Of a DNA stretch of 64,000 bases, positions 18,601-29,276 are shown one piece after another. Source of the stretch: Candidatus Kaiserbacteria bacterium (lineage in GTDB: Bacteria; Patescibacteriota; Minisyncoccia; Phycocordibacterales; Phycocordibacteraceae); the NCBI GenBank assembly GCA_029288865.1, contig JARIGM010000023.1, forward strand, positions 3,039 to 67,038, read 5' to 3'. A program made the translations under genes and the position numbers. Positions within the stretch are counted from its first letter, which is position 1. The number at the start of each line of letters is the position of its first letter. Under the pieces are notes generated by a model that saw only the letters and a list, made by a program, of their open reading frames with translations, searched no databases and was not told the DNA's origin.

Positions 18601-21600
18601 ACTTGCAAGTAGAAGCCGCTATACTCAGCGTTTACGCCTGTGGTATCTGCATGCTGTGTTTCCCAAGAACCCGGATATGGCTGAGTCTCTACTTCCCCGT
18701 CTCCCGGTCCACCGAAGTTACTAAAGGTAAGGTCGGCTCGGACAGGATACTGTGCCTTAGCAAGCCAGCTGTACGGGATCAGCTTGGTGACATAGATACC
18801 ATCTGTCTTCAGTTGATAAGTTACTGATATCGGAATCTGATTGTTCGGATCGTCTTGGTTTGAGCCCTGCGCGCTCGGTTGCCAGATATACGCGAGTATG
18901 TCTTTTCCGCTGAGGATAGTCGCCTCGTTTGTGGTTGTAATAGTTTTCGCATCGCTCAAAAGTTTACCGTCTACCAGTATGTCAAGGCTGCCGGTGCCGC
19001 TTGCGGCTGCAAGCTTGAACGTTATTGCGTAGTTTGTAGCGGTGCCGGACTGTGTGGGTTCCTTCGTAAGAACGACATCCTTCTTCAAATACGAGTCGGT
19101 AGATGTGATTTCCAAATTAGCTCCACTGCCAAGCGCACCGGTATAGCTGAAGAGTGCACTTCCGTCTGGGTTTGTAGTTTCAATCGGCGCGACTGTCTTT
19201 GCTTTTGAATCCGCAAACGAGACCGTCATAGTTCCGGATTGGCCCGTGTAGGTAAAAAGATTAGAAGCGGAGCTTTTTGCTATTTTCGCTTGGTATGCGG
19301 CCTGCGTGATGTTTGTCGTGGTCTTCGCATCCATAATCTTGGTAAATGAACTGAGCGGCTGGAATGCACCTGAGGCATCCTTGGCAAATTGCGGACCAGT
19401 ATGAAACTCCGTCTTGTACATATGATCGCCATTGGATGTGTGGCCGAGAAGGTAGGTCTTGGTATTCTCCGTCCGCGCGTTCTGTATTTCTATTGGATTT
19501 GTCGGTGATGCGAGCGACATATCCTGCATCGGAGAGCTTTGTACTGCAAGAGCATTCTGCTGCGTCATCTGCATCGGAGCGAAGAGATGGCCAGTACCGG
19601 GGCCGACAGTCTTCCGATACGTCAAGCGATAGAGCGCGTTCGGATTATACGTGTTGAAAGTCTCGACTGAATTGCCGTCTCGTTGATATGTAATCTGTCC
19701 GTCTGGACCATACTCGATATCAGCAATGATGGCCTTCGTCGTGGTCGCAGGCTGTTCTAATTCGCTAATGGAACCGAGTTGCCCCAGGTTATTGTAAAGA
19801 TAATAAACAACTGCATTGTCAGGATAGGTTTGGGTGATGGTATTCCCTTGTAGGTCGTATCCATACTTGGTGACAAATGAACCATTGCCTACCGCCTCTG
19901 TCTCTTTATTGGTCCGACCGAGTGGATCGTAGGCATATGTAGTAGTGGCTGAGTTAGTAGCAACACTGCAGAGTTGACCGATTCCGAAGCTGCATGAGTC
20001 ATAGGTAAAGATCTTCTCTGTGCCTGGTATGACTGTGTAGTCCTCGGTCACTTCTCTGTTTAAGGCATCATAGGTGTACTGAATCGTCTGTGATTTAGGG
20101 TCTACGACGGATGTCTTGTTACCTGCTGCATCATATGTGTAGGTCCAGGTACCAAAGCTTGAATCACCTGGCGCGTGGAGATCCTGAGCTGTTAATTCTC
20201 TACCCAAACCGTCATAGGTAAAGAAGCGAACATCACCCGACGCATCGGTTAGAGAGGTGAGATTATTGTTGCCATCATATGCATATTGGGTACTGTAAGC
20301 CGAAGCACCATTATGCTCGATTACATCTATGAGGTTTGTATAGATATCATAGACAAGATCTTTCGAGTGACCGTTGGCATCTGTTATCGTGGTGGTCGCG
20401 ACATTATACGCGTAGGTCGTACTTCCCACTGAATTAGTAATTGATTTCGCCCGATATATTGGGTCGTAGGAATAGACGGTGTACAAGTTCGCGTTTGTAG
20501 TAGGTGTCGTACTACCTGCTCCGTTACTGAAATACGGCAACGATTGCTTGCTTAAAAGCCCAAGACTGTTGTACTGGTAATCCTTTGTCGGATAATCACT
20601 GCTTCCGAAGCCCGGACCAAGACGGGATTGGAATATGCGGCCTAGGCCATCCAGATATGAATATTCCAATGTGCTGGTCGCAGCTGAGAGGTATCGCGTC
20701 TTGTATAAGTATGGGAATCCGGTATCGACATAGGTATAGCGGGTCTGGAGCACAGGTGCTGAAGTGCTTGCCGTCGAATCTGGCTGATATTGCAACAGTA
20801 TTCGACCCAGGCCGTCATACACGTTTGATGAAGTGCTCCCGTTTGGGTCGGTCGTGGTCGCAACCTTACCTGTAGCGTAATCATAAGATGTATATGTCTT
20901 CTGGTTCAGTGGATTGGTAGTAGTCGCTACATACAGACCGTATGGGTCATACATAAACGAAGTCGTGTTGCCCCGAGCATCCACTTGGTTCGTCGGTAAG
21001 CCAAATGCATTATATGCAGAAGTCGAGCTCGCATACATTGGAGTACTCGTTCCAGATACCCAACGCGCTACTTTAGTAAGGTTACCAAGCACTGCGGTAC
21101 CGAGTGGACTCGAATCGTAATAGTACTGCTGCTCATTTACTTTATTTCCAGCCTGATCCTTTTTCGTTTTGTCGGATTGAAGAACGATATAGGGAGCTGT
21201 ACTCGAGGCATATAAATTCGTAGTGGTGTACGAGTCGTTGCCCACGTCGGTGAACGTTCCGTCGTCATTGCCATTTACCAGACCCCAATTGGTTGAGCTT
21301 GCTATGACGCCAGTTCCAGTGTCATAAGCATTCGTGGTTGCAGTGTCTCGATGGGAGGTGCCACCGTCGTACATGGAATCAAGCTGCTGAAGTAATTCGA
21401 CAAAAGTCCGTCCTCCACTGAGGCTCGCCATATCCCACTTGAAGATGTCTTTCTTGTACAGGTTGTTTGCGTTATCGTATGTCTCTATGCGGTAGGCTTT
21501 ACCTATCTTTGATGGGTCGTCCTGATACTGACCATGCGAAGTATCGGAGGTACTATTCCCTTGATCGTAATAGGTGTTCGTAACATTCCCGGCCGGGTCA

Positions 21601-23957
21601 GTCTTTACTATTTTCTGGAACCCGCCGAACTGCCTGTTGAACGCGTTGCTGTAGTGATAAGCCCCGTTTTGGTAAGAGTAGTTCGTACTCGAGACGGTTC
21701 CGAGTCCATTATCAAGCGTAATATTTGACACAGTATCAACCGAAACGCTCAGCTTCGGATTAAGTAATTGTCCACTGCTCAGATATAGCTGCGAAGACTG
21801 ATAGGTATAGTTCGCAGAACCACCTTCCGCAAATTTGATCTTTGATAGGAGATCGGGTGTCGAATCATTATTGACGTCAACTTCACCGGCAGAAGTATAG
21901 GCAAAAATGAGATCTGGTAGGTTATCGCCGTTCACATCGGCAATGCGTACACTGTCATCGAGATTATCCGTGGTAAATGTGAGCGGCGATTTCCAGGATG
22001 AATCTTGTGTCCATCCGGATCCATTGTTGATCCACGCGGTCGTGACTCCTGTGCCTACATGACTCCACGACTGAAGTACATCTACTAATCCATCGCCGTT
22101 CACGTCCACAAATCGCACGCCATCATCATAATAGTTGGTTGAGGTGTCGTACGTGCTCATGGGAGCTGGCGCTACCCATTGTGGATCCTGTATCCAACCG
22201 CTGCCGGTATTGATCCATATTTCGTTATTAGAAGATGTACTTAATGCGTATGATTGTACGAGGTCTGGAAGACCATCGCCGTTCACGTCTACCATACGCA
22301 CATAATTATCTGAACCATTCACGCTAAAATTAACGGGAACCGTCCAATTGCTCAACGTCCAGCCAGAACCGTTGTTCAGGTAGACATATGAAGAGCCGTC
22401 TGCCGATTTTACGATGTCAGTAAGACCATCGCCGTTCACGTCGATATACTGGCCACTCGTTGCAAAACCAGAATCGTTTTGTACGACTGAAGGGATACCC
22501 CACGTTGAGGAAGCAACCCAACCGTTACCGGTATTAAGGTAGGTTACTCCACCTACAATCTCGTCCGTCAGGTGGTCGCCGTTTACATCGGCATAGCGTC
22601 CGAGGCTTGTAGAGGTTGCCGCACTCAGGGTGGTTGAAGCTGTCCATGTCGTACCAGTGTTTATGTATACTGCGCTGGTTCCGGCACTGGTATTCACTTT
22701 TACAAAGTCCACCATCGAGTCGCCATTCACGTCTACGAGAGAGACGCTTGAGTCAAATGGCACAGGAGGAACATAAGAAGTTGATTGATTCCAGCTTTTC
22801 GTTCCTGGTTTGTACGATAACTGTACTGCTGGCAGCGTTGTTGTGGCTCCATTTGCATAACCTGATTCGAGAATAGAGCTCAGCAAGGAACGCGTCGTAT
22901 CTACCCCAGCCGTGTACGAAAGAGCATAGTCATGCGTTAGTACGTTGTTTATTCGGATCAAGATATCACTTATTCTGAATCGTGAAGTCACCGGAAAGCC
23001 AGTCGCAGTAGATGTGGCAATATCCGAACGGGTTGTCGTCGCGTAATCAATCTCGAAGATGCCAGCCGTCGTGCTGCTGTTGGTATATAGAATTTTAAAG
23101 GGATATATCTCACCTTTATCTTTCGAATATTGGTACGTTATGTAATTCCCATTCGGATCTCGTACTTCTTGAAGCATCCACTTATATATCTGAGTGTTGT
23201 CTGTAGGATTATCTTGTCGAGCAGCGGTGGTAGTTCCGAACGTGTAAGTATTCCCATTTTTATCAGTGAGTGTCCAGGATGTGGTACTCGCTACGTATTG
23301 GTAATGATTGAAGTTTCCATTTTCGACTCTCGCTCCATATGTTGTTGAGCTCGCCATGATTGGATATAGCTCACCATCAAGTGAGCTATAAAAGTAATTT
23401 TGAGAATAGAGCGAATCAGTCCCCTTCCTATTTATACGCACGATGTATGGAATATTGGTGTCCCAGCCATATCCCATCACATTTACATTTGCACTAGGCT
23501 GACTGGTGTACTTGAGGTCTACCGAAGGCTGCAATCCATTTCTTCCAGGAGGAATTTGAATTGGAAATGTGTAAATGAGAGAGCCGGTCACTGGGTCGGT
23601 CTCACTATGAAATTTAGAATCAAGAGTGTTATGCGTAAGATCAGGGGCGGGTGCGCCGCTCAAGCTTGAGAATGTTTGTGTTGACTGAGTTGCCGTCGGC
23701 GAACTCTGTTGGTCCGTGACAGTTGACTTGTCAACAGACGTGGGCGAAGCCGCGGTGTCTTGACTGGCGGGAGTATTAGAATTAACCGTCGTATCAGAAG
23801 AAGTTGTAGGTGTTTGAGTTTGGTCTGTCGGTGGCGAGCTATCCGTTGTTTGTGCGTGTCCAATGAATGGAGAAATGGAGAAGAGAAAAATTAAGAAAAT
23901 TACCGCTCCTTTTTGTAGCAGAATTGTCTTGTTGCCCCATCCATAAGCATTCTTCAT
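15615..23957 (-). CDS. giant secreted RHS-repeat polymorphic toxin (SpvB-like N-domain, FG-GAP/VCBS repeats, YD/RHS repeats, RHS core, variable C-terminal toxin)
   Basis: 2780 aa; signal peptide; [17 protein letters not shown]...GYGWD SpvB/TcB-like motif; six or more (V/I)DVNGD(G)L.D repeats; many YD repeats; [10 protein letters not shown]...[12 protein letters not shown] core end (DPxG autoproteolysis motif) followed by a TM segment and a tip of about 170 aa. Confidence 0.9.
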   Translation of the reverse strand: MKNAYGWGNKTILLQKGAVIFLIFLFSISPFIGHAQTTDSSPPTDQTQTPTTSSDTTVNSNTPASQDTAASPTSVDKSTVTDQQSSPTATQSTQTFSSLSGAPAPDLTHNTLDSKFHSETDPVTGSLIYTFPIQIPPGRNGLQPSVDLKYTSQPSANVNVMGYGWDTNIPYIVRINRKGTDSLYSQNYFYSSLDGELYPIMASSTTYGARVENGNFNHYQYVASTTSWTLTDKNGNTYTFGTTTAARQDNPTDNTQIYKWMLQEVRDPNGNYITYQYSKDKGEIYPFKILYTNSSTTAGIFEIDYATTTRSDIATSTATGFPVTSRFRISDILIRINNVLTHDYALSYTAGVDTTRSLLSSILESGYANGATTTLPAVQLSYKPGTKSWNQSTSYVPPVPFDSSVSLVDVNGDSMVDFVKVNTSAGTSAVYINTGTTWTASTTLSAATSTSLGRYADVNGDHLTDEIVGGVTYLNTGNGWVASSTWGIPSVVQNDSGFATSGQYIDVNGDGLTDIVKSADGSSYVYLNNGSGWTLSNWTVPVNFSVNGSDNYVRMVDVNGDGLPDLVQSYALSTSSNNEIWINTGSGWIQDPQWVAPAPMSTYDTSTNYYDDGVRFVDVNGDGLVDVLQSWSHVGTGVTTAWINNGSGWTQDSSWKSPLTFTTDNLDDSVRIADVNGDNLPDLIFAYTSAGEVDVNNDSTPDLLSKIKFAEGGSANYTYQSSQLYLSSGQLLNPKLSVSVDTVSNITLDNGLGTVSSTNYSYQNGAYHYSNAFNRQFGGFQKIVKTDPAGNVTNTYYDQGNSTSDTSHGQYQDDPSKIGKAYRIETYDNANNLYKKDIFKWDMASLSGGRTFVELLQQLDSMYDGGTSHRDTATTNAYDTGTGVIASSTNWGLVNGNDDGTFTDVGNDSYTTTNLYASSTAPYIVLQSDKTKKDQAGNKVNEQQYYYDSSPLGTAVLGNLTKVARWVSGTSTPMYASSTSAYNAFGLPTNQVDARGNTTSFMYDPYGLYVATTTNPLNQKTYTSYDYATGKVATTTDPNGSTSSNVYDGLGRILLQYQPDSTASTSAPVLQTRYTYVDTGFPYLYKTRYLSAATSTLEYSYLDGLGRIFQSRLGPGFGSSDYPTKDYQYNSLGLLSKQSLPYFSNGAGSTTPTTNANLYTVYSYDPIYRAKSITNSVGSTTYAYNVATTTITDANGHSKDLVYDIYTNLIDVIEHNGASAYSTQYAYDGNNNLTSLTDASGDVRFFTYDGLGRELTAQDLHAPGDSSFGTWTYTYDAAGNKTSVVDPKSQTIQYTYDALNREVTEDYTVIPGTEKIFTYDSCSFGIGQLCSVATNSATTTYAYDPLGRTNKETEAVGNGSFVTKYGYDLQGNTITQTYPDNAVVYYLYNNLGQLGSISELEQPATTTKAIIADIEYGPDGQITYQRDGNSVETFNTYNPNALYRLTYRKTVGPGTGHLFAPMQMTQQNALAVQSSPMQDMSLASPTNPIEIQNARTENTKTYLLGHTSNGDHMYKTEFHTGPQFAKDASGAFQPLSSFTKIMDAKTTTNITQAAYQAKIAKSSASNLFTYTGQSGTMTVSFADSKAKTVAPIETTNPDGSALFSYTGALGSGANLEITSTDSYLKKDVVLTKEPTQSGTATNYAITFKLAAASGTGSLDILVDGKLLSDAKTITTTNEATILSGKDILAYIWQPSAQGSNQDDPNNQIPISVTYQLKTDGIYVTKLIPYSWLAKAQYPVRADLTFSNFGGPGDGEVETQPYPGSWETQHADTTGVNAEYSGFYLQVDSQAFASGSGYLSIVRSFVPIDTSALPDNAIISSSTLYAYVQSTDNAFNDAYSNINVYQGFEASPATLSNSDISACGDAITNPTKGSIDTPIASSTVNTYQAYPLTTAGKSWISTTGYTKLCLREGHDSTDNEAVNNNFHWLFSRVTFSSSRNSGTSQDPYLEISYSLPNVAPGTTTQLMAEDQTNPINVTDISPRFSAQYNDPDLGDTAVYYQIQTATSSSFTSPLWDSGKLSLSPTTSAGNQTQDLYYTGTPLALDHTTYYYRMRLWDSAGNPSPWSSGTDHFTMADDGTHIQSFHYTYDPAGNITSILDDVNGSEQTAFTYDPLNRLTLASSTLAGFQTPYIRSYTYNPLGGIATSSDRGGYYYQGNIGTNYANPHAPTSIVYGLATSTLAYDNNGNLTSDGTYNYVWNYLNQLAQVGKGSATSTYLYDYAGSRVQTTDGGITTFYPNKYYSSTAGASPTITKNIYANGLLVATLNTIGTTTAATSTPLLNATSTNISSIANTATTTKSWTHTTSFGNNRFLVLTADILQHVAGTGAITSATYAGIPFVKAVATRASNMASELWYLVAPPSGLNTVSVTVGGTTDSLKFSLADYTGVNQFIPLDATSTATGTTSNPSASVTSHLAGDLVESTLSRFSTTTATTNRTSLFNDVSSTTLAASSYQVAGAAGSISDTYTGTATQNWSMIIAAFKPATTTPTNGTTTSTYYVHPDHLGGANALTDSSGLLNESIQYYPYGTLRTDTLAGTYSGTKRKYIGQQYDGTTGLNYLNARYQDPQRGQFVSEDPVFLGNPSQQNLQDPQSLNSYSYANDNPVTKKDPDGKQAIVSPQGVLIVGLLAAAYALLAILSNVQVQHSLQQASYGVSQAASSISIPAVHFGGTVSGVQSNPFSTPATQGVPSYSSNSIPSTNINFAKNSLGGDTSFKEKDGGYPQALQDFKKLNPTNVKTYPNGTTAGQLEDGSNVNVRPQSKEGRPTLEVQKPNGDIEKTRYNE

Positions 23958-24052
23958 GGGCTTACCTATACGCTACCCCGCGCATCTCTGAAGCTGTACT
24001 GTTCAGCTGGGGATAACGTTGGGCTAAAATACCACGTGTTGCAATCACCCGT

Positions 24053-25162
24053 CTATTTCCCTTTCTTTGGGCGGTTGGCGGCGATGTTGATGATGATCCC
24101 GACAGAAATGAGTGCAGCGAGAAGCGCCGTACCGCCCTGGCTCATGAACGGAAGCGGAAGACCTGTTAGTGGTAAGACGCCAAGCATCGCGCCGATATTA
24201 AGGAATGCAGAGATGGTGATGAGAAGCGAGAGGCCGGTCGCGCTCAAAGAGCCAAAGACGCTTGAGGCCTCGGCGGCGATCATAAATCCGCGCGTTATGA
24301 AAGCTATGAAAAGCGCGATCAAGATAACGGTCCCGATGAACCCGAACTCTTCCCCATAGACAGCAAAGATCGAGTCTCCATTGGGTTCAGGCAAATAATT
24401 GAACTTCTGCACGCTCTGGCCGTAGCCGCGGCCGAGCAGTTGTCCTGACCCGATCGCAATAAGAGATTGTTGGATCTGATACCCACTCGAAAGTGCGTGA
24501 TGCGAAGGATGGATGTATGTGTTGATGCGATTCAAGAGATAGGGGCGAATCGCCACGAGTAGTGCGAGCCCTGCGACCGCTGTGACGAGGATGATCGCGA
24601 AATCACGCCATGGCGCGCCCACGAGGAAATACAGCGCTACTGCCGTCGCACCCATGACGAGCGTCGTGGACGTGTTCGGTTGCGCGATAAGCAGGAGTGA
24701 TGGAATTCCCACGATAAGCGCGAATGGCAAGAGGCCATGTCGCATGTCGCGAATCTTCTTCTTCGCATGCGCAAGGTACGAAGAAAGCATGAGAATCACG
24801 CTAATCTTGAGGAATTCTGCCGGTTGCACCGTGAGCGGACCGATCTGAATCCAGCGGGTCGCACCGTTCGTGTGGTAGCCCAGGTGCGGAATGAACACGA
24901 GCATCGTGAGGAGTATGGAAAAGATATAGAACGGCAGTACGGACTTCTCTATCCAATGTGGCGGAACGAATCGTAACGCGATAACCGCAACTACGCCCGG
25001 AATAAGGCCGAGGCATACCTGTGTGATAGCGATGTGCCACGGCGTCTCCCCTGCTCGAGCAAGGAGGCCAAGCGAGGCGGAAGTAAACATTGCGAGACCG
25101 CCCACCACGAGGATCGTGACGACGGTAGCGAAGATGCGATCTCCAAAGAGGCGTTCAAACAT
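24053..25162 (-). CDS. ftsW: SEDS-family peptidoglycan glycosyltransferase FtsW/RodA
   Basis: 369 aa, about 10 TM helices, FtsW/RodA/SpoVE family pattern; lies between mraY and murG (after the island). Confidence 0.85.
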   Translation of the reverse strand: MFERLFGDRIFATVVTILVVGGLAMFTSASLGLLARAGETPWHIAITQVCLGLIPGVVAVIALRFVPPHWIEKSVLPFYIFSILLTMLVFIPHLGYHTNGATRWIQIGPLTVQPAEFLKISVILMLSSYLAHAKKKIRDMRHGLLPFALIVGIPSLLLIAQPNTSTTLVMGATAVALYFLVGAPWRDFAIILVTAVAGLALLVAIRPYLLNRINTYIHPSHHALSSGYQIQQSLIAIGSGQLLGRGYGQSVQKFNYLPEPNGDSIFAVYGEEFGFIGTVILIALFIAFITRGFMIAAEASSVFGSLSATGLSLLITISAFLNIGAMLGVLPLTGLPLPFMSQGGTALLAALISVGIIINIAANRPKKGK

Positions 25163-25163
25163 G

Positions 25164-26252
25164 TTACTTCAACAATGCGAGCGCGATACCGAAGATACTT
25201 CCCATGATGGTGATGATCCAATATCGCATCGTGACCTTATACGGAGGCCAGCCGATGGCTTCGAAATGATGATGGATCGGTGCGATACGGAACACCTTTT
25301 TCTTGAACACTTTCTTTGCGATCACTTGGATGGCATTTGTCACGACGGTGGCAGTGAGGGGGAATGCAATGATCGGAAGCACGGAGACGCCAACTCCCCC
25401 GCCAAGCGTGTCTGCGGAGAACGCTGTGACAGCGAGCGCGAGCGTGAGTGCCATGCTGCCGGTTTCAGAGAGATAGAATCGCGCCGGCGGTACGTTAAAC
25501 CACAAGAACGCAAAGACTGCTCCGGCGACCGTTGCAGCAAAGCCTGCCAGAGCTATCTGATTTTGCGCGAATCCGATAGCTGCATATGCCATGAAGATGA
25601 TCGCGAAGACGCCGCCTGCCAGGCCATCGATGCCGTCGATAACGCCGCTCGCATAGATCGCAAGCGTCACGAACACGAAGAACAGTATGAAAAGCGGACC
25701 GAGCTGGAGCGAGCCAATGAATGGCAATCCGACAGATGAAACGCCGAGCTTCGCATAAAACCACCAACCGGCAAATGCACCGAAGACAGCGACGATAGAA
25801 AGACGCCACCGCAGACGGAGTCCGCCATTGCTGCGAGTGATCTCGAGGAAATCGTCGAGGAATCCGGTGAGTCCTCCCACAACGAGCGCCGTAAGCGGCA
25901 GCCACGTCTGGCCACGATTCACGAAGTTCAAGAGTGAGAACGGTCCGTCAAAGATGGTGCCGAGAAGCATGAGTCCCGCAACGGTCACGAGCACACCGCC
26001 CCACACTAAGAGACCGCCCATGCGCGGCGTTGAGACTTCGCGTTCCTTGTGGAGCTCGTCGAAGAGCGGCGTACCGTTCTTGTCCCCCATGCCGTTGCCC
26101 TTTCCGCCGCGCTTCTTCCACGCACGGAATTTATACAGGAAATGCGTGAGGAATGGAGCGATCAGCATCCCTACAGAGAACGAGATGACGAATGGCACCA
26201 GTACGCGAGCTGCATTGAGAAGAACGGGCGTGAGTACTGGTGCGTTGATCAT
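25164..26252 (-). CDS. mraY: phospho-N-acetylmuramoyl-pentapeptide transferase MraY
   Basis: 362 aa; C-terminal APIHHHFE...GW signature of MraY. Confidence 0.9.
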   Translation of the reverse strand: MINAPVLTPVLLNAARVLVPFVISFSVGMLIAPFLTHFLYKFRAWKKRGGKGNGMGDKNGTPLFDELHKEREVSTPRMGGLLVWGGVLVTVAGLMLLGTIFDGPFSLLNFVNRGQTWLPLTALVVGGLTGFLDDFLEITRSNGGLRLRWRLSIVAVFGAFAGWWFYAKLGVSSVGLPFIGSLQLGPLFILFFVFVTLAIYASGVIDGIDGLAGGVFAIIFMAYAAIGFAQNQIALAGFAATVAGAVFAFLWFNVPPARFYLSETGSMALTLALAVTAFSADTLGGGVGVSVLPIIAFPLTATVVTNAIQVIAKKVFKKKVFRIAPIHHHFEAIGWPPYKVTMRYWIITIMGSIFGIALALLK

Positions 26253-27265
26253 AGAGTCGTGGTGGTTGCTGCCGAAACCGCTGTAGTGCTTGGCGGTACG
26301 ATTCCCGCGAAGTGTGCAGCAGTTGCATTGATAAGCTGCTTCACATCGACGAACCTACCCTCTTCAGTCGAGCCGAGCACGACGACTGCAATCGGGTGAT
26401 CGATGCCTGCGTCATATACGACGACTAAGTTCCCACCCGCAAGATCGGTATAGCCGGTCTTCGAGATGAGGATGTTCGGAATATGCGTCACATCTACGTT
26501 CGTGTTCGCGAACGTGTGTTTGATTCCCTGCTGCGACGTGATGCTCACGACAGGCTGCGTGCTCGCTTCTGCAATCGTAGGTTCTTTCTTAAGCAGTGCG
26601 CCTGCAAGAACGGCAACGTCATGGGCAGAGCCGTATGCGCCGGAGACTACTTCGTTTTGATCGAGGCCGGTACCGTTTAGTGCATAAGTTTGCTTGAGAC
26701 CGATCGCGCTCGCTGCGCTCGCAAGGAGCGAGGTTTGATCTTGTGCGCGTGCGTTGCTTGCGGCTTCCACGATTGCCTTTGCGCCGGTATTCGACGACGC
26801 GGCAAGCGTGAGGCGTGCGAGATCGTGGAATGAGAACGTTTCGCCTGGCTTGAATCCGATATCCGATGCATCATCGATGCTCGACACTGAATCTGGCGTC
26901 ATCACGACGGGCGTCGAAGACGAAAGGACTTGTGATGCTGCATAAAGCGTGAGGAGCTTCGTAACAGATGCGAGCGGCAGCTGCGCATACACATTTTGTG
27001 CGTAGAGCGTGTCGCCGTTCGTGAGGTCGTACACGATCGCCGCTTTTCCGATCAGTGATACATGTGCGTATGAATCAGGAAGTACGGGCGTGGTTGTTGC
27101 TGTCGCTTCGAGGACTGGTGCCGGATGCGGCATGAATCGTGACGCGAGGAACGTTCCCCCGCCGAGCACGAGCGTGAGTCCGATCAGGGCGATACCCGCC
27201 TGCTTAAGCTGGCGGCGTCCACGGCGTACCCGTTCAACTGCTTGTGCGATTGTTTCAGTTTCCAT
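26249..27265 (-). CDS. serine-type D-Ala-D-Ala carboxypeptidase (peptidase S11, PBP5-like)
   Basis: SxxK (ASVTKLLT), SxN (SSNTGA) and KTG (KTGYT) motifs; start moved to the internal METET Met at 27265 so that the overlap with scpB is 11 bp rather than 173 bp. Confidence 0.8.
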   Translation of the reverse strand: METETIAQAVERVRRGRRQLKQAGIALIGLTLVLGGGTFLASRFMPHPAPVLEATATTTPVLPDSYAHVSLIGKAAIVYDLTNGDTLYAQNVYAQLPLASVTKLLTLYAASQVLSSSTPVVMTPDSVSSIDDASDIGFKPGETFSFHDLARLTLAASSNTGAKAIVEAASNARAQDQTSLLASAASAIGLKQTYALNGTGLDQNEVVSGAYGSAHDVAVLAGALLKKEPTIAEASTQPVVSITSQQGIKHTFANTNVDVTHIPNILISKTGYTDLAGGNLVVVYDAGIDHPIAVVVLGSTEEGRFVDVKQLINATAAHFAGIVPPSTTAVSAATTTTL

Positions 27266-27845
27266 TTTCTTGTACTGCGTGCACAGCCTCTGCTTGAAGC
27301 GCGTCAGACTGGTCCAGTTCGCTCGTGAGTTCTTCGTAGTTCGGGAGTTCCGAGATGTGTGAGATGCCGAGGTGCGCGAGGGCCTCGATGGTCGGAGTGT
27401 AACGGGCACGACGGCGATCAGACTCATCCTCGGTGCGCGTCACGAGTCCACGGAGCAGAAGCGAGCGAAGTGCTGCTGTCGAATTCACCCCGCGCACCCA
27501 GTCGATCTCGCTGCGGGTCGCGCCGTTCTTGTACAAAATGATGGCAAGGGCCTCAAGGCCGGCCTTGCCGAGATCCCGAGAAAGCTCGCTCTGGCGGAGC
27601 CGCTCCACGGCCGCAGCAGCCTCTGGAGCCGTTCGGAGCTCCACCTCTTCCCCAGACTCAATGAGGGCCAATCCTGAGCCTTTTAGGTGCTCCTGGAGGC
27701 CGATTGCAGCGTCCCGGAGGGCTTCCGGGGAGAGCTCGAGCAGGGTTGCCAGACGCTTCTTGGAAAGCGGTTCTCCGGCAGCAAAAAGGACAGCCTGCAG
27801 CAGGGCCGAATGAGAACTAGACATAACTACTAGAATACCGCACAT
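27255..27845 (-). CDS. scpB: segregation and condensation protein B
   Basis: 196 aa; ScpB winged-helix pattern (AVLFAAGEPLS...LAIILYKNGATRSEID); the true start may be the second Met. Confidence 0.8.
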   Translation of the reverse strand: MCGILVVMSSSHSALLQAVLFAAGEPLSKKRLATLLELSPEALRDAAIGLQEHLKGSGLALIESGEEVELRTAPEAAAAVERLRQSELSRDLGKAGLEALAIILYKNGATRSEIDWVRGVNSTAALRSLLLRGLVTRTEDESDRRRARYTPTIEALAHLGISHISELPNYEELTSELDQSDALQAEAVHAVQENGN

Positions 27846-27958
27846 TCACACCCTCGAAAACCCCTCATACCTCGAATTTGTGTATCAAAAGTCCAGATGT
27901 AAAACACCCGTGCCATTTCTGACACGGGTGCGAAAACAATCCAAAGAACGTATATGTT

Positions 27959-28414
27959 TTAACTTTGAGTCAATTGTATTGGCGGGCAATACTTACGCCA
28001 ATCGAAATTCTCCATCTTATAGATGACGACATGGGGAGATTTGATCTCGTGGTCCCAGCCTTCTGCGTGGATCTCGACGATATATTTGACGTCGCGATCC
28101 AGAGCAAGAAGTTGAAAGCCGATTTGATCCGTCTCAGTTTGGTCGTTCCTATGGTAAGGAATTGACCGATCCCAAGCACTTTTCAGTTTGGCGATTTTAC
28201 CGACAGTGACTGCCCAAAAGGAACGGTGTCCTGCGTAGTCGCCATATCCATCGGCGTCATAGGACCATGCTCTCGGTGTGACCTCAAGCAGATTCCGGTC
28301 CCCCCGTGCCACCGTGATTTCTCCGATGCGATCTGCGGACAGGCCTTCTTCGGTGAAAATGTTGGTGATATACGGGAATTCCCGAACCATTTGCGCGAAC
28401 TTATTGCTATCCAT
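27959..28414 (-). CDS. hypothetical protein inserted between scpB and scpA
   Basis: 151 aa ORF, same strand, no recognisable motif. Confidence 0.45.
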   Translation of the reverse strand: MDSNKFAQMVREFPYITNIFTEEGLSADRIGEITVARGDRNLLEVTPRAWSYDADGYGDYAGHRSFWAVTVGKIAKLKSAWDRSIPYHRNDQTETDQIGFQLLALDRDVKYIVEIHAEGWDHEIKSPHVVIYKMENFDWRKYCPPIQLTQS

Positions 28415-28535
28415 GACTAACTCCTTTGCACCATCTCGGTGACTTAAGGTTATTTTGCACTTCCCAAGTTCCCCTTGGCACGTGGCAAATTAACGTGACG
28501 AAACTAAAATATCACGTATTGGACTATTTGTCAAG

Positions 28536-29276
28536 TTATGAACCGTACCTTGGCACAGCCGCAGAAATGTTTGTGATGGTAATGTCCTGGAATGTGCCGT
28601 ACTGCTGTACTTCCACGATTCCCTGCTTCACGAGTTCCAAGAGCGCGAGGAAGGATACCACGACTTCAACTTTCTCCTTCGCGTTGCCTGAGAAATCGCT
28701 GAACGAGAGGGTGATCGCAGCCTGTACGCGCCGAGTCAGGCGATCCATCATCTCTTCGATGGTGACGAGCGGACGCACACGGGCTTCAGGCAATTTCTCT
28801 TCCTTCTCGAGAGCTGCAAGCGATTCACGCAGCGCTCGTTCAAGCGCAGGAAGCGAGATGTCACGGCTCGGTGCGAAGACCGGCTCCGGTTCACGATCCC
28901 CTGCTGAGACCATCACGCGCTGTCCGAAGATACGGCTGAGTTCGCGAGCAGCATCGCGCACGAGTTCGTATTGCTTCAGGCGATCTTTGAGCTCTTCCAC
29001 GTCGCCTTCTTCTTCAGGAGAAAGTTCGAGTTCAGGAATAAGCGACTTTGATTTGATAAGCAGGAGCGTCGCAGCAACGCCGATGAAATCGGCGACATGC
29101 TCCATCGGGAACGCAGCCTGCGAACGGACGTGATTGATGTAGTCGTCGGTCACTTGCGCAAGCGAGAGTTCGCTCACGGAGAGCTGGCGCTTCTCGATAA
29201 GCTCGAGGATCAGCTCGAGCGGTCCCTCGTATGCAGGAGTGCGGACAGTGAATTTCTGTATCTCTACGATTTCCAT
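28536..29276 (-). CDS. scpA: segregation and condensation protein A (kleisin)
   Basis: 246 aa; ScpA family pattern (SVSELSLAQVTDDYINHV, C-terminal winged helix). Confidence 0.8.
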   Translation of the reverse strand: MEIVEIQKFTVRTPAYEGPLELILELIEKRQLSVSELSLAQVTDDYINHVRSQAAFPMEHVADFIGVAATLLLIKSKSLIPELELSPEEEGDVEELKDRLKQYELVRDAARELSRIFGQRVMVSAGDREPEPVFAPSRDISLPALERALRESLAALEKEEKLPEARVRPLVTIEEMMDRLTRRVQAAITLSFSDFSGNAKEKVEVVVSFLALLELVKQGIVEVQQYGTFQDITITNISAAVPRYGS

